This document shows positions 26,979 to 36,095 of a stretch of DNA of 64,000 bases, piece by piece. The translations under genes and the position numbers were made by a program. The stretch is from Patescibacteria group bacterium (GTDB lineage Bacteria > Patescibacteriota > Minisyncoccia > Moranbacterales > UBA2206). The stretch is from contig JAKLIG010000002.1 in NCBI GenBank assembly GCA_022709735.1, positions 130,028 through 194,027 of the forward strand. Reading direction: 5' to 3'. A model generated the notes under the pieces. It ran no database searches and had not been told where the DNA came from. It saw nothing but the letters and a program-made list of their open reading frames with translations. Each line of letters begins with the position of its first letter. The stretch's first letter is position 1.

Positions 26979-27350
26979 ATGAAAAAAATCACCACAGTTC
27001 TTTCAACAATTTTAATGCTCACACTTTCTGTTCCTGCTTTTGCTGGCGACCATAATCGGCATCGTGGTGACCATGCGCTTGAAACGGTTGTTATATTAAC
27101 CGGCGCTTGGGTGGCATGTGAGACAGTAAATCAACTTTTAAAGGATTCATCTTCAGAAGTGAAAGTATACCACTATGAAGTTCGTGAGCCATCACATGCG
27201 TATCGTCATCATGAACGCGAAAGCGACACATATGAAGACGCATACGATGAGCGTATGCGAAGGATGGAAAAAGAGGAGCGGCAAATGCGGGAATTCAATG
27301 ATCAGCAACGCGGGAACCGCGATGCTGAGCGAGATTTCTATTCTCGCTAA
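26979..27350 (+). CDS. secreted His/Arg/Glu-rich small protein (possible metal-binding)
   Basis: Signal peptide MKKITTVLSTILMLTLSVPAFA; GDHNRHRGDH...HAYRHHERESD. Confidence 0.5.
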   Translation: MKKITTVLSTILMLTLSVPAFAGDHNRHRGDHALETVVILTGAWVACETVNQLLKDSSSEVKVYHYEVREPSHAYRHHERESDTYEDAYDERMRRMEKEERQMREFNDQQRGNRDAERDFYSR

Positions 27351-27376
27351 ATCCCGCTAAAAGCGGAAAACAAGTG

Positions 27377-27416
27377 GCCAGATGATTCGTTGAATCATCT
27401 GGCTACTTTTATTTTT
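27377..27416 (+). terminator. rho-independent terminator
   Basis: GCCAGATGATTC..GAATCATCTGGC, a 12-bp stem, then TACTTTTATTTTT. Confidence 0.7.
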
Positions 27417-27441
27417 CTCAAAATCCAGTTAAGATAATATT

Positions 27442-27939
27442 ATGCAAAAAATAACTTATATAACTGAAAATTCTAAACAAACTCAAAAGCTTGGCGAAAC
27501 TTTAGCCAAGGAATTAAAAGGCGGGGAAATAATCTGCCTTGTCGGTGAGCTTGGCGGAGGAAAGACAACTTTTACGCAAGGTTTTCTCAAAGGCTTGAAA
27601 GTCAAAGGGCCATATACAAGCCCAACCTTTCTTGTAATTAAAAATTACAAGAAAGAAATCTCAATTTCCAAATCCCAAATTCCAAATAAATCTCAAAATC
27701 CAAAATCTAAAACCTTGCCTACCGGCAGGCAGGTCCAAAATATTTATCACATAGATACTTATAGGATCAATGCGCAAGATATAATAAATCTTGGCTGGGA
27801 AGAAATGGTGGCTGATAAAAAAAATATTATTATAATAGAATGGGCGGATAGGATAAAAAAGATAATTCCAAAAAATAGTTTATGGATTGAGTTTAGTTGG
27901 GTTGATGAGAAAAAGAGAAAAATAACACTGAAAGACTAA
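27442..27939 (+). CDS. tsaE: tRNA t6A37 biosynthesis ATPase TsaE with an in-frame low-complexity insert
   Basis: GELGGGKTTFTQGF P-loop; the insert KSQIPNKSQNPKSKTLPTGRQ is encoded by CCAAAAT-type heptamer repeats plus the palindrome TTGCCTACCGGCAGGCAGG. Confidence 0.8.
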   Translation: MQKITYITENSKQTQKLGETLAKELKGGEIICLVGELGGGKTTFTQGFLKGLKVKGPYTSPTFLVIKNYKKEISISKSQIPNKSQNPKSKTLPTGRQVQNIYHIDTYRINAQDIINLGWEEMVADKKNIIIIEWADRIKKIIPKNSLWIEFSWVDEKKRKITLKD

Positions 27940-27951
27940 GGGCTAAAACTT

Positions 27952-27993
27952 AAAACAGGATAAATTATTAGATAATTTAGACCTGTTTTTTTT
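27952..27993 (+). terminator. rho-independent terminator (long hairpin + T-run)
   Basis: AAAACAGG...CCTGTTTT with an inner TAAATTAT/ATAATTTA stem, then TTTTTTT. Confidence 0.55.
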
Positions 27994-28018
27994 GTGTCTT
28001 TTGTAATATACTAGGAAT

Positions 28019-30766
28019 ATGAAAAATAAACCTAAAAAACTCATTCTGATTGACGGCAATGCGATAATTCATCGGTCATATCATGCGCTTCCACCACTTA
28101 CGACTAAAAGCGGGGAATTGGTCAACGCCGTTTATGGTTTTGCCTCTACCATACTTAGCGTGATTTCAAAATTCAAGCCAGACTATATTTTGGCGACTTT
28201 TGATTTGGCCGGACCGACTTTTCGCCACAAGGAATATGCGGATTATAAAGCCACCAGAGTCAAAGTTGATCAGGAACTTTATGACCAAATTCCGCGCGTG
28301 AAAGAATTGGTTCGCGCGATGGGAATTCCAATTTATGAGCATGCTGGATTTGAAGCGGACGATGTGATTGGAACGATGGTTAAAAAAACAGAAAATAATT
28401 TTGGGGATATTGAAAATATAATTGTGACAGGGGATCTTGATACTGTTCAATTAGTGAGTCCGAAAACTAAAGTTTATACAATGCGCCGGGGGCTCACTGA
28501 TTCAGTAATATACGATGAGGAGAAAGTTTTTGAAAGATATGGTCTGAAACCGGATCAAATAATTGATTATAAAGGACTTCGTGGTGATCCATCGGACAAT
28601 ATTTTGGGCGTCAAAGGTATCGGCGAAAAAACAGCTTCGGAATTATTACAAAAGTATAAAACGCTGGAAGGAGTTTATGAAAATATTTCTGAAATTAAAG
28701 GCACAGTCAAAGAAAAATTGGAACGAGACAAAATGCAGGCCATTCAAAGCAAGCATTTGGCGACAATTCATCAGGAAGTTCCAGTAGAGCTGAATTTAGA
28801 AGAAGCCAAGACCCACGAATTCGACAGAGAAAAGCTGGTAAGACTTTTTCAGGAGTTGAATTTTTATTCGCTAATAAAGCGTATTCCGCAAGGCGACTCG
28901 AATATTGCGAATGAACACTCGAATGATTCGAATAAAGTAAGTGGTATAAAAGACTTTAAATACGAGTTGGTTAATGAAAAAAATAGCGAAGAATTTCTTA
29001 AGATGCTTGGCGAGCAAAAAGAAATTGCCATAAAGTTAAAATTTATTGGGGACAGAATTTTAGAAAAAAAATTAATCGGAATTGCTTTTTCTTGGAAAAC
29101 CGGAAGAGCAGGTTTTATAGCAGGAATTAGGAATCAGGAATTAGGAATCAGGAATATTTTAGAAAATGGAAATATAAAAAAGATTGGATATGATCTCAAG
29201 AGTGACATTGAAATATTGAAACAAAATGGAATAAATTTGAAAGGAGAATTATATGATGTAATGCTCTCGGCTTATGTGTTGAATCCTGGAGCGAAAATGG
29301 AATTTTCAAGATTAGTCTTGGAGCAATTGGGCGAGGAAATGGCAGAAGAAAAAAAGAAAGGACAGCTGGGACTTCAAATGGAAACTGAAAAAGAAATTTC
29401 AGAGAAAGAATGCCGGAATGCAGATTATATTTTTAAGCTTAAGGAAATTTTTTCTGAAAAGATTTCAAAGATATCAGAAGAACAAAAAAGCGAAAATAAT
29501 TTAGAAAATATATTAAATAAAGTCGAAATTCCGCTGGTCAAAATTTTGGCAGAAATGGAAATAGCGGGCGTGAAATTGAACACGCTTATATTTGAAGGCA
29601 TCGCGGAAAAAATAAATGGACGCGTAAAAAATTTAGAAAAAAATATTTATGAACTCGCTGGCGAGGAGTTTAATATTAATTCTCCAAAACAATTGAAAGA
29701 AATTCTTTTTGAGAAATTAAAAATCTCGACGGATAATATCAAAAAAGGCAAGACTGGTTTTTCTACCGCTTCATCGGAACTGGAGAAATTAAAAGGGGAA
29801 TATAAAATTGCCGAAAAAATTGAAGAGTATCGCGAAGTTTTCAAACTGAAAACTACATATTTAGATGCCCTTCCGCTACTCGTGGATAAAAATTCTCGGA
29901 TTCACACGACTTTCAATCAAGCGGTGACAGCCACTGGACGGTTGTCTTCTTCTGATCCAAATTTGCAAAATATTCCCATTCGAACTGATCTTGGACAGCT
30001 TCTTCGCGTGGCTTTTGAAGCGGAAGAAGGCTATAAACTTGTCAGCGCTGACTATTCGCAAATTGATCTTCGCGCGGTGGCGCATGTATCAGGCGACAAA
30101 AAAATGATTGAACTTTTTCATGCGGGTCATGATATTCACACGGCTACAGCTTCAGAAATAAATAAAGTTTCATTTTCTCAAGTGACGCAAAAAATGAGAA
30201 GTTCGGCTAAGGCTTTGAATTTCGGAGTGATTTATGGTATGAGCGTATTTGGTTTTTCCGCTTCGGCTGGAATTTCCCGAGACGACGCCAAAAAATTTAT
30301 TGATGCTTATTTTGAAAAATTCACCGGCGTGGCGGAATATATGAAATCAACTAAGGAATTTGCGAAAATCAATGGCTATGTCGAAACTGAAATGGGACGC
30401 CGGCGTTATATTCCAGAAATTAATTCACCAAATTTTATGGTGCAAAATGCGGCCGAACGGATGGCGATTAATATGCCGATTCAAGGCATGTCAGCGGACA
30501 TTGTGAAGCTAGCAATGATAAAAGTTCATGAGGAATTTTTTAGAAGCTCAACTTCTTTCGACCAAAACGACCGAGAGAAGTTGAGCTTCCAGCCGGGCGA
30601 TGTAAAAATAATTCTGCAAGTGCATGACGAAATAATTTTGGAAGTTAAAGAGACATTAGCCGAAGAAGTCGGAAAGAAAGTCAAAGAAATTATGGAAGGT
30701 GTTTATAAACTCAAAGTTCCGCTGGTGGTGGATGTGAAGATTGGGGATAATTGGGGAGAAATATAA
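28019..30766 (+). CDS. polA: DNA polymerase I (5'-3' exonuclease + polymerase domains)
   Basis: N-terminal 5' nuclease LILIDGNAIIHRSYHA; polymerase motifs RRRYIPEINS and QVHDEIILEV. Contains an in-frame AGGAATY x5 heptamer repeat at 29122-29156. Confidence 0.95.
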   Translation: MKNKPKKLILIDGNAIIHRSYHALPPLTTKSGELVNAVYGFASTILSVISKFKPDYILATFDLAGPTFRHKEYADYKATRVKVDQELYDQIPRVKELVRAMGIPIYEHAGFEADDVIGTMVKKTENNFGDIENIIVTGDLDTVQLVSPKTKVYTMRRGLTDSVIYDEEKVFERYGLKPDQIIDYKGLRGDPSDNILGVKGIGEKTASELLQKYKTLEGVYENISEIKGTVKEKLERDKMQAIQSKHLATIHQEVPVELNLEEAKTHEFDREKLVRLFQELNFYSLIKRIPQGDSNIANEHSNDSNKVSGIKDFKYELVNEKNSEEFLKMLGEQKEIAIKLKFIGDRILEKKLIGIAFSWKTGRAGFIAGIRNQELGIRNILENGNIKKIGYDLKSDIEILKQNGINLKGELYDVMLSAYVLNPGAKMEFSRLVLEQLGEEMAEEKKKGQLGLQMETEKEISEKECRNADYIFKLKEIFSEKISKISEEQKSENNLENILNKVEIPLVKILAEMEIAGVKLNTLIFEGIAEKINGRVKNLEKNIYELAGEEFNINSPKQLKEILFEKLKISTDNIKKGKTGFSTASSELEKLKGEYKIAEKIEEYREVFKLKTTYLDALPLLVDKNSRIHTTFNQAVTATGRLSSSDPNLQNIPIRTDLGQLLRVAFEAEEGYKLVSADYSQIDLRAVAHVSGDKKMIELFHAGHDIHTATASEINKVSFSQVTQKMRSSAKALNFGVIYGMSVFGFSASAGISRDDAKKFIDAYFEKFTGVAEYMKSTKEFAKINGYVETEMGRRRYIPEINSPNFMVQNAAERMAINMPIQGMSADIVKLAMIKVHEEFFRSSTSFDQNDREKLSFQPGDVKIILQVHDEIILEVKETLAEEVGKKVKEIMEGVYKLKVPLVVDVKIGDNWGEI

Positions 30767-30849
30767 TCTTTCCTAAAGCGAAGCTTTAGGAAGCACTGAC
30801 AATAATAAAACGGCTTTGGATTTTTCCAAGGCCGTTTTTGCTTGTTAGT

Positions 30850-31425
30850 TTAAATTGCTTGCTTTTGGATTACTTTTTCCCATTCAAGTTTTTGATGTAT
30901 TTTAACTATGTCGCTTTCTTGCATGCTAACAATTACTCCGTAATGGGCAAAAAACTTGCCCATATCCTTGACTTGGATCGTGCCACTACAATCGATCCAG
31001 ATAAACGCATTCTTCTCTCTCCTGAATAGTGTATGCGCAAACATATAGTAGGCTGTTACATGTTCAAATTCTTTTCCTTCAAAACCTGATCCAAGTCCTC
31101 TATTTCTGTAGAGAGCCAGCTTTTCCGACCATTCCATTCTCAGCCATAGATAGGCCTCGAGTGAATCAATCAATCTAGCTGATGTTCCAAACCTCTCGTT
31201 GAATGTTTCCACAATTCCAAGGGCATTGTTCATATTAATGTTTACTCCTGAGTCTGTTTTAATACGATAAAGCGTCACCCTTTTTCCCTGGCATTTTCCT
31301 GCATCTAATATATCCAGTACATTCCCAAAATAGCACCACTTATTTAAATTTATAATCCAATAAATAAAGGACGCAACACCAATGGCAAGCATTACTCCAA
31401 CGGCAATATAATAGAAATAGTTCAT
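30850..31425 (-). CDS. hypothetical membrane-anchored protein (191 aa)
   Basis: N-terminal TM; no recognised family; locally higher GC than the flanks. Confidence 0.45.
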   Translation of the reverse strand: MNYFYYIAVGVMLAIGVASFIYWIINLNKWCYFGNVLDILDAGKCQGKRVTLYRIKTDSGVNINMNNALGIVETFNERFGTSARLIDSLEAYLWLRMEWSEKLALYRNRGLGSGFEGKEFEHVTAYYMFAHTLFRREKNAFIWIDCSGTIQVKDMGKFFAHYGVIVSMQESDIVKIHQKLEWEKVIQKQAI

Positions 31426-31506
31426 AGTTAACCTCCTGTTTTATGATTTTAAAGATCTTGCTCATCCCAATGATGAACCGAGAATGATAGAAGAAACGGG
31501 GAATAA

Positions 31507-31544
31507 TGTCAAACTGTTGACAAATTTTGACAAAAGAGTATAAT
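31507..31544 (+). promoter_or_regulatory. promoter with a palindromic operator over the -35 (TGTCAAACTGTTGACA), TTGACA-16-TATAAT; leaderless start
   Basis: tgtcaaactgttgaca(31507-31522); tataat 31539-31544; ATG 7 nt later. Confidence 0.5.
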
Positions 31545-31551
31545 TTAGGGT

Positions 31552-32286
31552 ATGAATACATATTTAAATGACAATGAAAAAAAGGTTTTGGCGAGTTTGT
31601 ATAATTTGGAAGACGGAGCAGTAAATAAGATTGCCAAAGAAACTCTCATAAATAGAACGACCCTCTATCCTATTTTGGAAAAGCTGGCTGAAAAGGGCTT
31701 GGTTTCCAAGATTAAAGCAGAAGGAAAAATTCGATTTCAGCCGATTTCCAAGGAAGAATTTAGTTTGTGGGCGGAAAGGAAAGAGAAAGAATTGAAAGAA
31801 AATAATAAAGAACTTTTATGCTGGATTGATCGACAAGGCGAAAACAAAAAAACCTCCCTAGCTTCAGAGATAAAATATTTTGAAGGAATGGAAGGAATAA
31901 AAAGTTTATATGCTGATACTTGGCGAGAGAACAGGGAAAAGATAATTTATGCTATTACTGATTACAAAAGCGCTTATGAAAATATGGGTAATTTTTTCCG
32001 GAAAGATTATTTTCCAGCCAGAATTGGGCACGGGGTCTGGATAAAAAACCTAATTCCGGAAAGTCCGGAGGGGAGAAAAGATTTAAAAACTGCCAAAGAA
32101 ATGCTTCGCGAAATGAAATTTATCAAACTCTTTCGCGATTTGGATATTGAAGTTAATATTTATAACGATAAAATAGCAATCGTAGCTTTTGACAAGAAAA
32201 ATCCATCGGGTGTTATTATTAAAAATGAAAAAATCGCCGAAGCGATGAAAAATATTTTTGAATATTTGTGGAAAACAGCGAAATAA
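31552..32286 (+). CDS. TrmB-family HTH transcriptional regulator (paralog 2)
   Basis: ...LEDGAVNKIAKETLINRTTLYPILEKLAEKGLVSK... wHTH; same length as the other paralogs. Confidence 0.7.
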   Translation: MNTYLNDNEKKVLASLYNLEDGAVNKIAKETLINRTTLYPILEKLAEKGLVSKIKAEGKIRFQPISKEEFSLWAERKEKELKENNKELLCWIDRQGENKKTSLASEIKYFEGMEGIKSLYADTWRENREKIIYAITDYKSAYENMGNFFRKDYFPARIGHGVWIKNLIPESPEGRKDLKTAKEMLREMKFIKLFRDLDIEVNIYNDKIAIVAFDKKNPSGVIIKNEKIAEAMKNIFEYLWKTAK

Positions 32287-32320
32287 TATAATCTTTTAAT
32301 GTAAATTATTAAATTTTTTT

Positions 32321-33187
32321 ATGCCAGAATTACCTGAAGTGGAAACTGTCGTTAGCGACTTAAATAAAAAAATCAAAGGCGATATGATCGCTTCTTTTTG
32401 GAGTGAATGGGGGAAAGCAATTAAGGGCAAAAGCATAGAAACTTTTAAAAAAGAAATTAAGAATAGAAAAATTTTAGGCGCGAGAAGGATTGGAAAAAAT
32501 ATTTTTATTGATTTATCCGGCGGAAAAACTTTATATATACATTTGAAGATGACAGGACATCTTTTGGTAAAGAAGAAAGAAGAAAGAAGTAAGAATAAAG
32601 AAAAATCAGATTATTTTTCTGACAGGGTTAATCAGTATATTAGGCATAAATTTTTTCTTAAATCCGGGCGGACGCTGGAATTTTCGGATTTGAGGAAATT
32701 CGGGAAAATTGTTTTGGATTCAACGGAAAAGATAAATAATCTCAAAGAAATAAAAGCGCTAGGAGTTGATGCGCTGGATCCAAAATTTACTTTTCAAAAA
32801 TTTCAAGAAATTTTGAGAAAAAAATCAAGCGCCAAAATTGGAATAATCCTTATGGATCAAGATCTGATTGCGGGTATTGGAAATATTTATCGAAGCGAAA
32901 TTCTATATGATGCGGGAATTTTGCCGGAAAGAATTATAAAATCAATTTCAGAAAAAGATTTGAGAAAAATTTACGATGCAACCAAAAAAATCTTGAAAAA
33001 AGCCATAAAAATGCGGGGAACATCGGACAGTGATTACCGCGATACTTCCGGTGCGCCGGGAAATTTTCAAAAAATTTTAGCTGTGTATAATCGGGAGAAG
33101 CGAGGATGCAAAAGGTGTGATACAATAATTCAGAGAAAAGTACTAGGGCAAAGAAGCGTGTTTATTTGTTCCAAGTGTCAAAAATAA
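32321..33187 (+). CDS. mutM: formamidopyrimidine-DNA glycosylase (Fpg/Nei family)
   Basis: N-terminal MPELPEVETV; C-terminal zinc finger CKRCDTIIQRKVLGQRSVFICSKCQ. Contains the purine-rich insert KKKEERSKNKEKS at 32572-32610. Confidence 0.85.
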   Translation: MPELPEVETVVSDLNKKIKGDMIASFWSEWGKAIKGKSIETFKKEIKNRKILGARRIGKNIFIDLSGGKTLYIHLKMTGHLLVKKKEERSKNKEKSDYFSDRVNQYIRHKFFLKSGRTLEFSDLRKFGKIVLDSTEKINNLKEIKALGVDALDPKFTFQKFQEILRKKSSAKIGIILMDQDLIAGIGNIYRSEILYDAGILPERIIKSISEKDLRKIYDATKKILKKAIKMRGTSDSDYRDTSGAPGNFQKILAVYNREKRGCKRCDTIIQRKVLGQRSVFICSKCQK

Positions 33188-33275
33188 ATTTAATTTACGA
33201 ACTACGAAAATAATACGAAATACTAAAATACGAAAAAATGTTTCGTATTTCGCTCATTTCATATTTCGTAAAACA
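33186..33275. repeat. TACGAAA/TTTCGTA palindromic leader element (copy 1)
   Basis: tttacgaactacgaaaataatacgaaatactaaaatacgaaaaaatgtttcgtatttcgctcatttcatatttcgta; CGAAATAC/GTATTTCG inverted repeats. Confidence 0.5.
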
Positions 33276-33280
33276 TAAAC

Positions 33281-34438
33281 ATGAACAAGAAACAAAAAAT
33301 AATCATTGCTATTCTGATAATAGCAATCGTAGCAGGAGGATTCTATTTCCTCAAGAAAAATAGTTCTACTAAGGTGAAGCAAATAGATTTGGAAAAAGTT
33401 CAACAGAATGCTGGTCCGGCGAACACTGGTCCCGTGAGTCCAATTTCTGGAATAAGTTGTGATAATTGGAATCGCCGTCCAGTAGCAGTTATGCAACCAT
33501 CTGATGTGCAGGCTCGTCCAGCCGCCGGATTTTCCGAGGCTGATATGGTAGTTGAAATGCCAGCGTATACTTCATCAGTTACGCGTCTTATGGGAGTTTA
33601 TGTTTGCAATATTCCCAAAGAAATCGGAGCGATTAGAAGTTCCCGTCATGACTACATTGCTATCGCTAAAGGGCTAGATGCATTTTTTATTCATTGGGGT
33701 GGTTCGCATTTTGCGCTTGATCTTTTAGGAAAAAATATTATAGATAGAATTGATTGTATGACAACCAGTTATTGCGGAAGATGGCCAGTTTCCGGAAAGA
33801 TGAGATTGGAAGACACCGGGCACATCACCGGAGAAAAAGTTTTGGAAGCGATGAAAAACTTGAACCTTAGAATGGAAAGCAATTTTTCCGGTTACCCTCA
33901 TCAGGATGAAGTGCCAATTGATCAACGGCCAAGCGGAGGACACCTTCAAGTATCTTTTGCTAATCCTTATGATGCCCAGTATGATTATGATAAAAATTCC
34001 AACTCGTATCTTAGGGTTTGGGGAGGAGAAAATGATACCGATCGGAATAATAATCAGAGATTGGCTCCAAAAAATATAGCGGTGATTTTTGCCAAATCAG
34101 AACAAATAGTTAATACAAAAGATTATAAGGGTCTTGGACTTTCTGATCCTTGGGAAGGCGTGGAGGCTGTGAAAAATACCGGAGTAGAAAGTATTAGCGG
34201 ACGATACAATAATGTTGAGATTGGTGATCCTTGGTATGATGAAACTGACAATGGACCAGCAAAATATTATTTCAATGGAAAAGAATATAGTGGTACTTGG
34301 AAAAAAGACAAAGCGAAAATTGACAGTAAGATGTTTTTCTATAATGAAAGTGGTCAGGAAATACGATTTGTTCCGGGACAAATTTGGTTGGAAATTTTGG
34401 AGCCCGGGCAGACGCTTAAATGGGAACCAGTTAATTAA
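33281..34438 (+). CDS. DUF3048-family secreted protein
   Basis: N-terminal TM/signal; ...RRPVAVMQPSDVQARPAAGFSEADMVVEM..., typical of the DUF3048 N-domain. Confidence 0.55.
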   Translation: MNKKQKIIIAILIIAIVAGGFYFLKKNSSTKVKQIDLEKVQQNAGPANTGPVSPISGISCDNWNRRPVAVMQPSDVQARPAAGFSEADMVVEMPAYTSSVTRLMGVYVCNIPKEIGAIRSSRHDYIAIAKGLDAFFIHWGGSHFALDLLGKNIIDRIDCMTTSYCGRWPVSGKMRLEDTGHITGEKVLEAMKNLNLRMESNFSGYPHQDEVPIDQRPSGGHLQVSFANPYDAQYDYDKNSNSYLRVWGGENDTDRNNNQRLAPKNIAVIFAKSEQIVNTKDYKGLGLSDPWEGVEAVKNTGVESISGRYNNVEIGDPWYDETDNGPAKYYFNGKEYSGTWKKDKAKIDSKMFFYNESGQEIRFVPGQIWLEILEPGQTLKWEPVN

Positions 34439-34460
34439 GAAGTAAGAATAAAGAAGTAAA

Positions 34461-35438
34461 ATGATTATTTTTCTCTTTGGCGAAGACTCTTTCCGGTCTT
34501 CCCAAAAAGTGCTTGAAATAAAAAAGAAATTTCTATCTACTGACAAGTCCGGCTCTGGCTTGTCAGTTTTTGACTGTGAAAATGAGAAAGAAGAGGCGAG
34601 AAAAATTATTAATGCCATAAATACATCAAATCTTTTAGCTCCAAAGAGGCTAGTTATTTCCAGAAATTTAATTTCAAAATCAACTGACGATGAACAAAAG
34701 AAAATATTAGAATTTTTGAAAAGCAAAAAGAAACTTAGTGAAGATAAGGATGCAGTCTTGATTTTTTGGGAAGGAGAAATGCCGAGAAAAAATAATGCGC
34801 TGTATAAATTTTTGGATTCCAAAAAGGGTGAAGTTAAAAGTCAGAATTTTGAAAAACTAGCTGGAATAAAATTGGAAGCCTGGGCGCTGAAAACAATAAA
34901 AGAAATTAATCCGGAAGCGAAAATTTCAAAAATATCTCTTTCTAAGCTTATCGCTTTTTGCGCGGAGGATAATTTTTTGCTATTTCAGGAAATTCAAAAG
35001 CTTGTGTCTTATGCCGACAAAGAAATGATTAGCGAAAAAGATGTTGACCTTCTGGTGAAAACTAATTTAAACAGTAATATTTTTCAAATGGTGGATGCAA
35101 TTGGGGCGAATAATAAAAAAGAAGCGCTCGCGCTTTTCCACAATCATTTGCAAAAAGGCGACGATCCTTTTTATTTATTATCAATGTTTTTCTATCAATT
35201 TAGAAATATGCTCAAAGTGGCTGATTTATATGACCGTGGTACAAGATCAGAATATGAAATTGCGCGCGTCGCCAAGCTTCACCCATTTGTGGTCAAGAAA
35301 ACCTTGTCCCAAATGCGAAATTTTGATTTTTCCAAACTCAAAAATATCTACAACAAACTTTCAAAGCTGGATACGGCTGTTAAGACGGGGAAGATTGAAA
35401 TAAAACTGGCGATGGACAAGTTTATAGCGGAATTATAA
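34461..35438 (+). CDS. holA: DNA polymerase III delta subunit-like
   Basis: 325 aa with MIIFLFGEDSF... N-terminus and AAA+-lid-like C-terminal helices. Confidence 0.55.
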   Translation: MIIFLFGEDSFRSSQKVLEIKKKFLSTDKSGSGLSVFDCENEKEEARKIINAINTSNLLAPKRLVISRNLISKSTDDEQKKILEFLKSKKKLSEDKDAVLIFWEGEMPRKNNALYKFLDSKKGEVKSQNFEKLAGIKLEAWALKTIKEINPEAKISKISLSKLIAFCAEDNFLLFQEIQKLVSYADKEMISEKDVDLLVKTNLNSNIFQMVDAIGANNKKEALALFHNHLQKGDDPFYLLSMFFYQFRNMLKVADLYDRGTRSEYEIARVAKLHPFVVKKTLSQMRNFDFSKLKNIYNKLSKLDTAVKTGKIEIKLAMDKFIAEL

Positions 35439-35440
35439 TT

Positions 35441-35775
35441 GTACTTTTTCTCGCCGTGAGAAAAAGTACCAAAAAGAACTCTCAGCCCAATTTTGTCTCT
35501 GACAAATTTTCAGCTGGCTCGCTAAAATTTATGTTCCGCTTCGCTCCATAATAAATTTTTTAACGCTCGCCAGTTTCAATTTGCCTGCCTGCCGGTAGGC
35601 AGGTATCATCGCCAAAATAGGCTGAATGAAAATTAGAAAAATAAAATTTACAGCGAAGGGAGCAGAAAAGTTGAGCTTTAATGGGAAGCCTAAGATTTTC
35701 AAAAAGCTCAACTTTAATGAAGCGCAATTTTTTCAAAATAAAAACACTCCCTTTGCAGGGAGTGTTTATTTTTAC
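35441..35775. repeat. ~330-bp non-coding repeat element, copy A (5' hairpin, conserved 130-nt core, variable middle, conserved hairpin, 3' terminator hairpin)
   Basis: About 85-90% identical to 48386-48707 across aactctcagccYaattt...cgcttcgctccataataaattttttaacgctcgc and gttgagcttta...aaagctcaactttaatgaag...ttttttcaaaataaaaac. Terminal hairpin CACTCCCT-TTGC-AGGGAGTG (35745-35764). Confidence 0.6.
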
Positions 35776-35781
35776 AGAATA

Positions 35782-36051
35782 TTATTTTTTCGCGGCATTC
35801 TTTACTTGCTTATTAAGTCTAGATTTCATTCGGGCGACGGCGTTTTTGGTGAGAACTTTCTTTTGAGCGGCCTTGTCCAAAGCTTGAATAGATTTCTTGA
35901 GATATTCCTGGGCTTTGTCAATTTCTCCGCCAGCGAGCGCTGATTTTGTGATTTTTATCGCGCTTCGAAATTGCCCTTTAATCTTGTTATTTTTCAGGGT
36001 TTTTCTTTTTGTCACCCGCATATACTTTTTAGCAGCTTTGATGATTGGCAT
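35782..36051 (-). CDS. rpsT: 30S ribosomal protein S20
   Basis: MPIIKAAKKYMRVTKRKTLKNNKIKGQFRSAIK... Confidence 0.9.
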   Translation of the reverse strand: MPIIKAAKKYMRVTKRKTLKNNKIKGQFRSAIKITKSALAGGEIDKAQEYLKKSIQALDKAAQKKVLTKNAVARMKSRLNKQVKNAAKK

Positions 36052-36095
36052 GAAAATGAATCGCGAATCGACTCTAATTTTTCTCGAATTATCTC

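Noticed and set aside
35495-35560. 6-codon mini-ORF MFRFAP* (atgttccgcttcgctccataa) conserved in both copies of the 330-bp repeat
   Set aside because: Conserved because the DNA is conserved; too short, and the opposite strand gives an equally trivial MERSGT*. Treated as non-coding.
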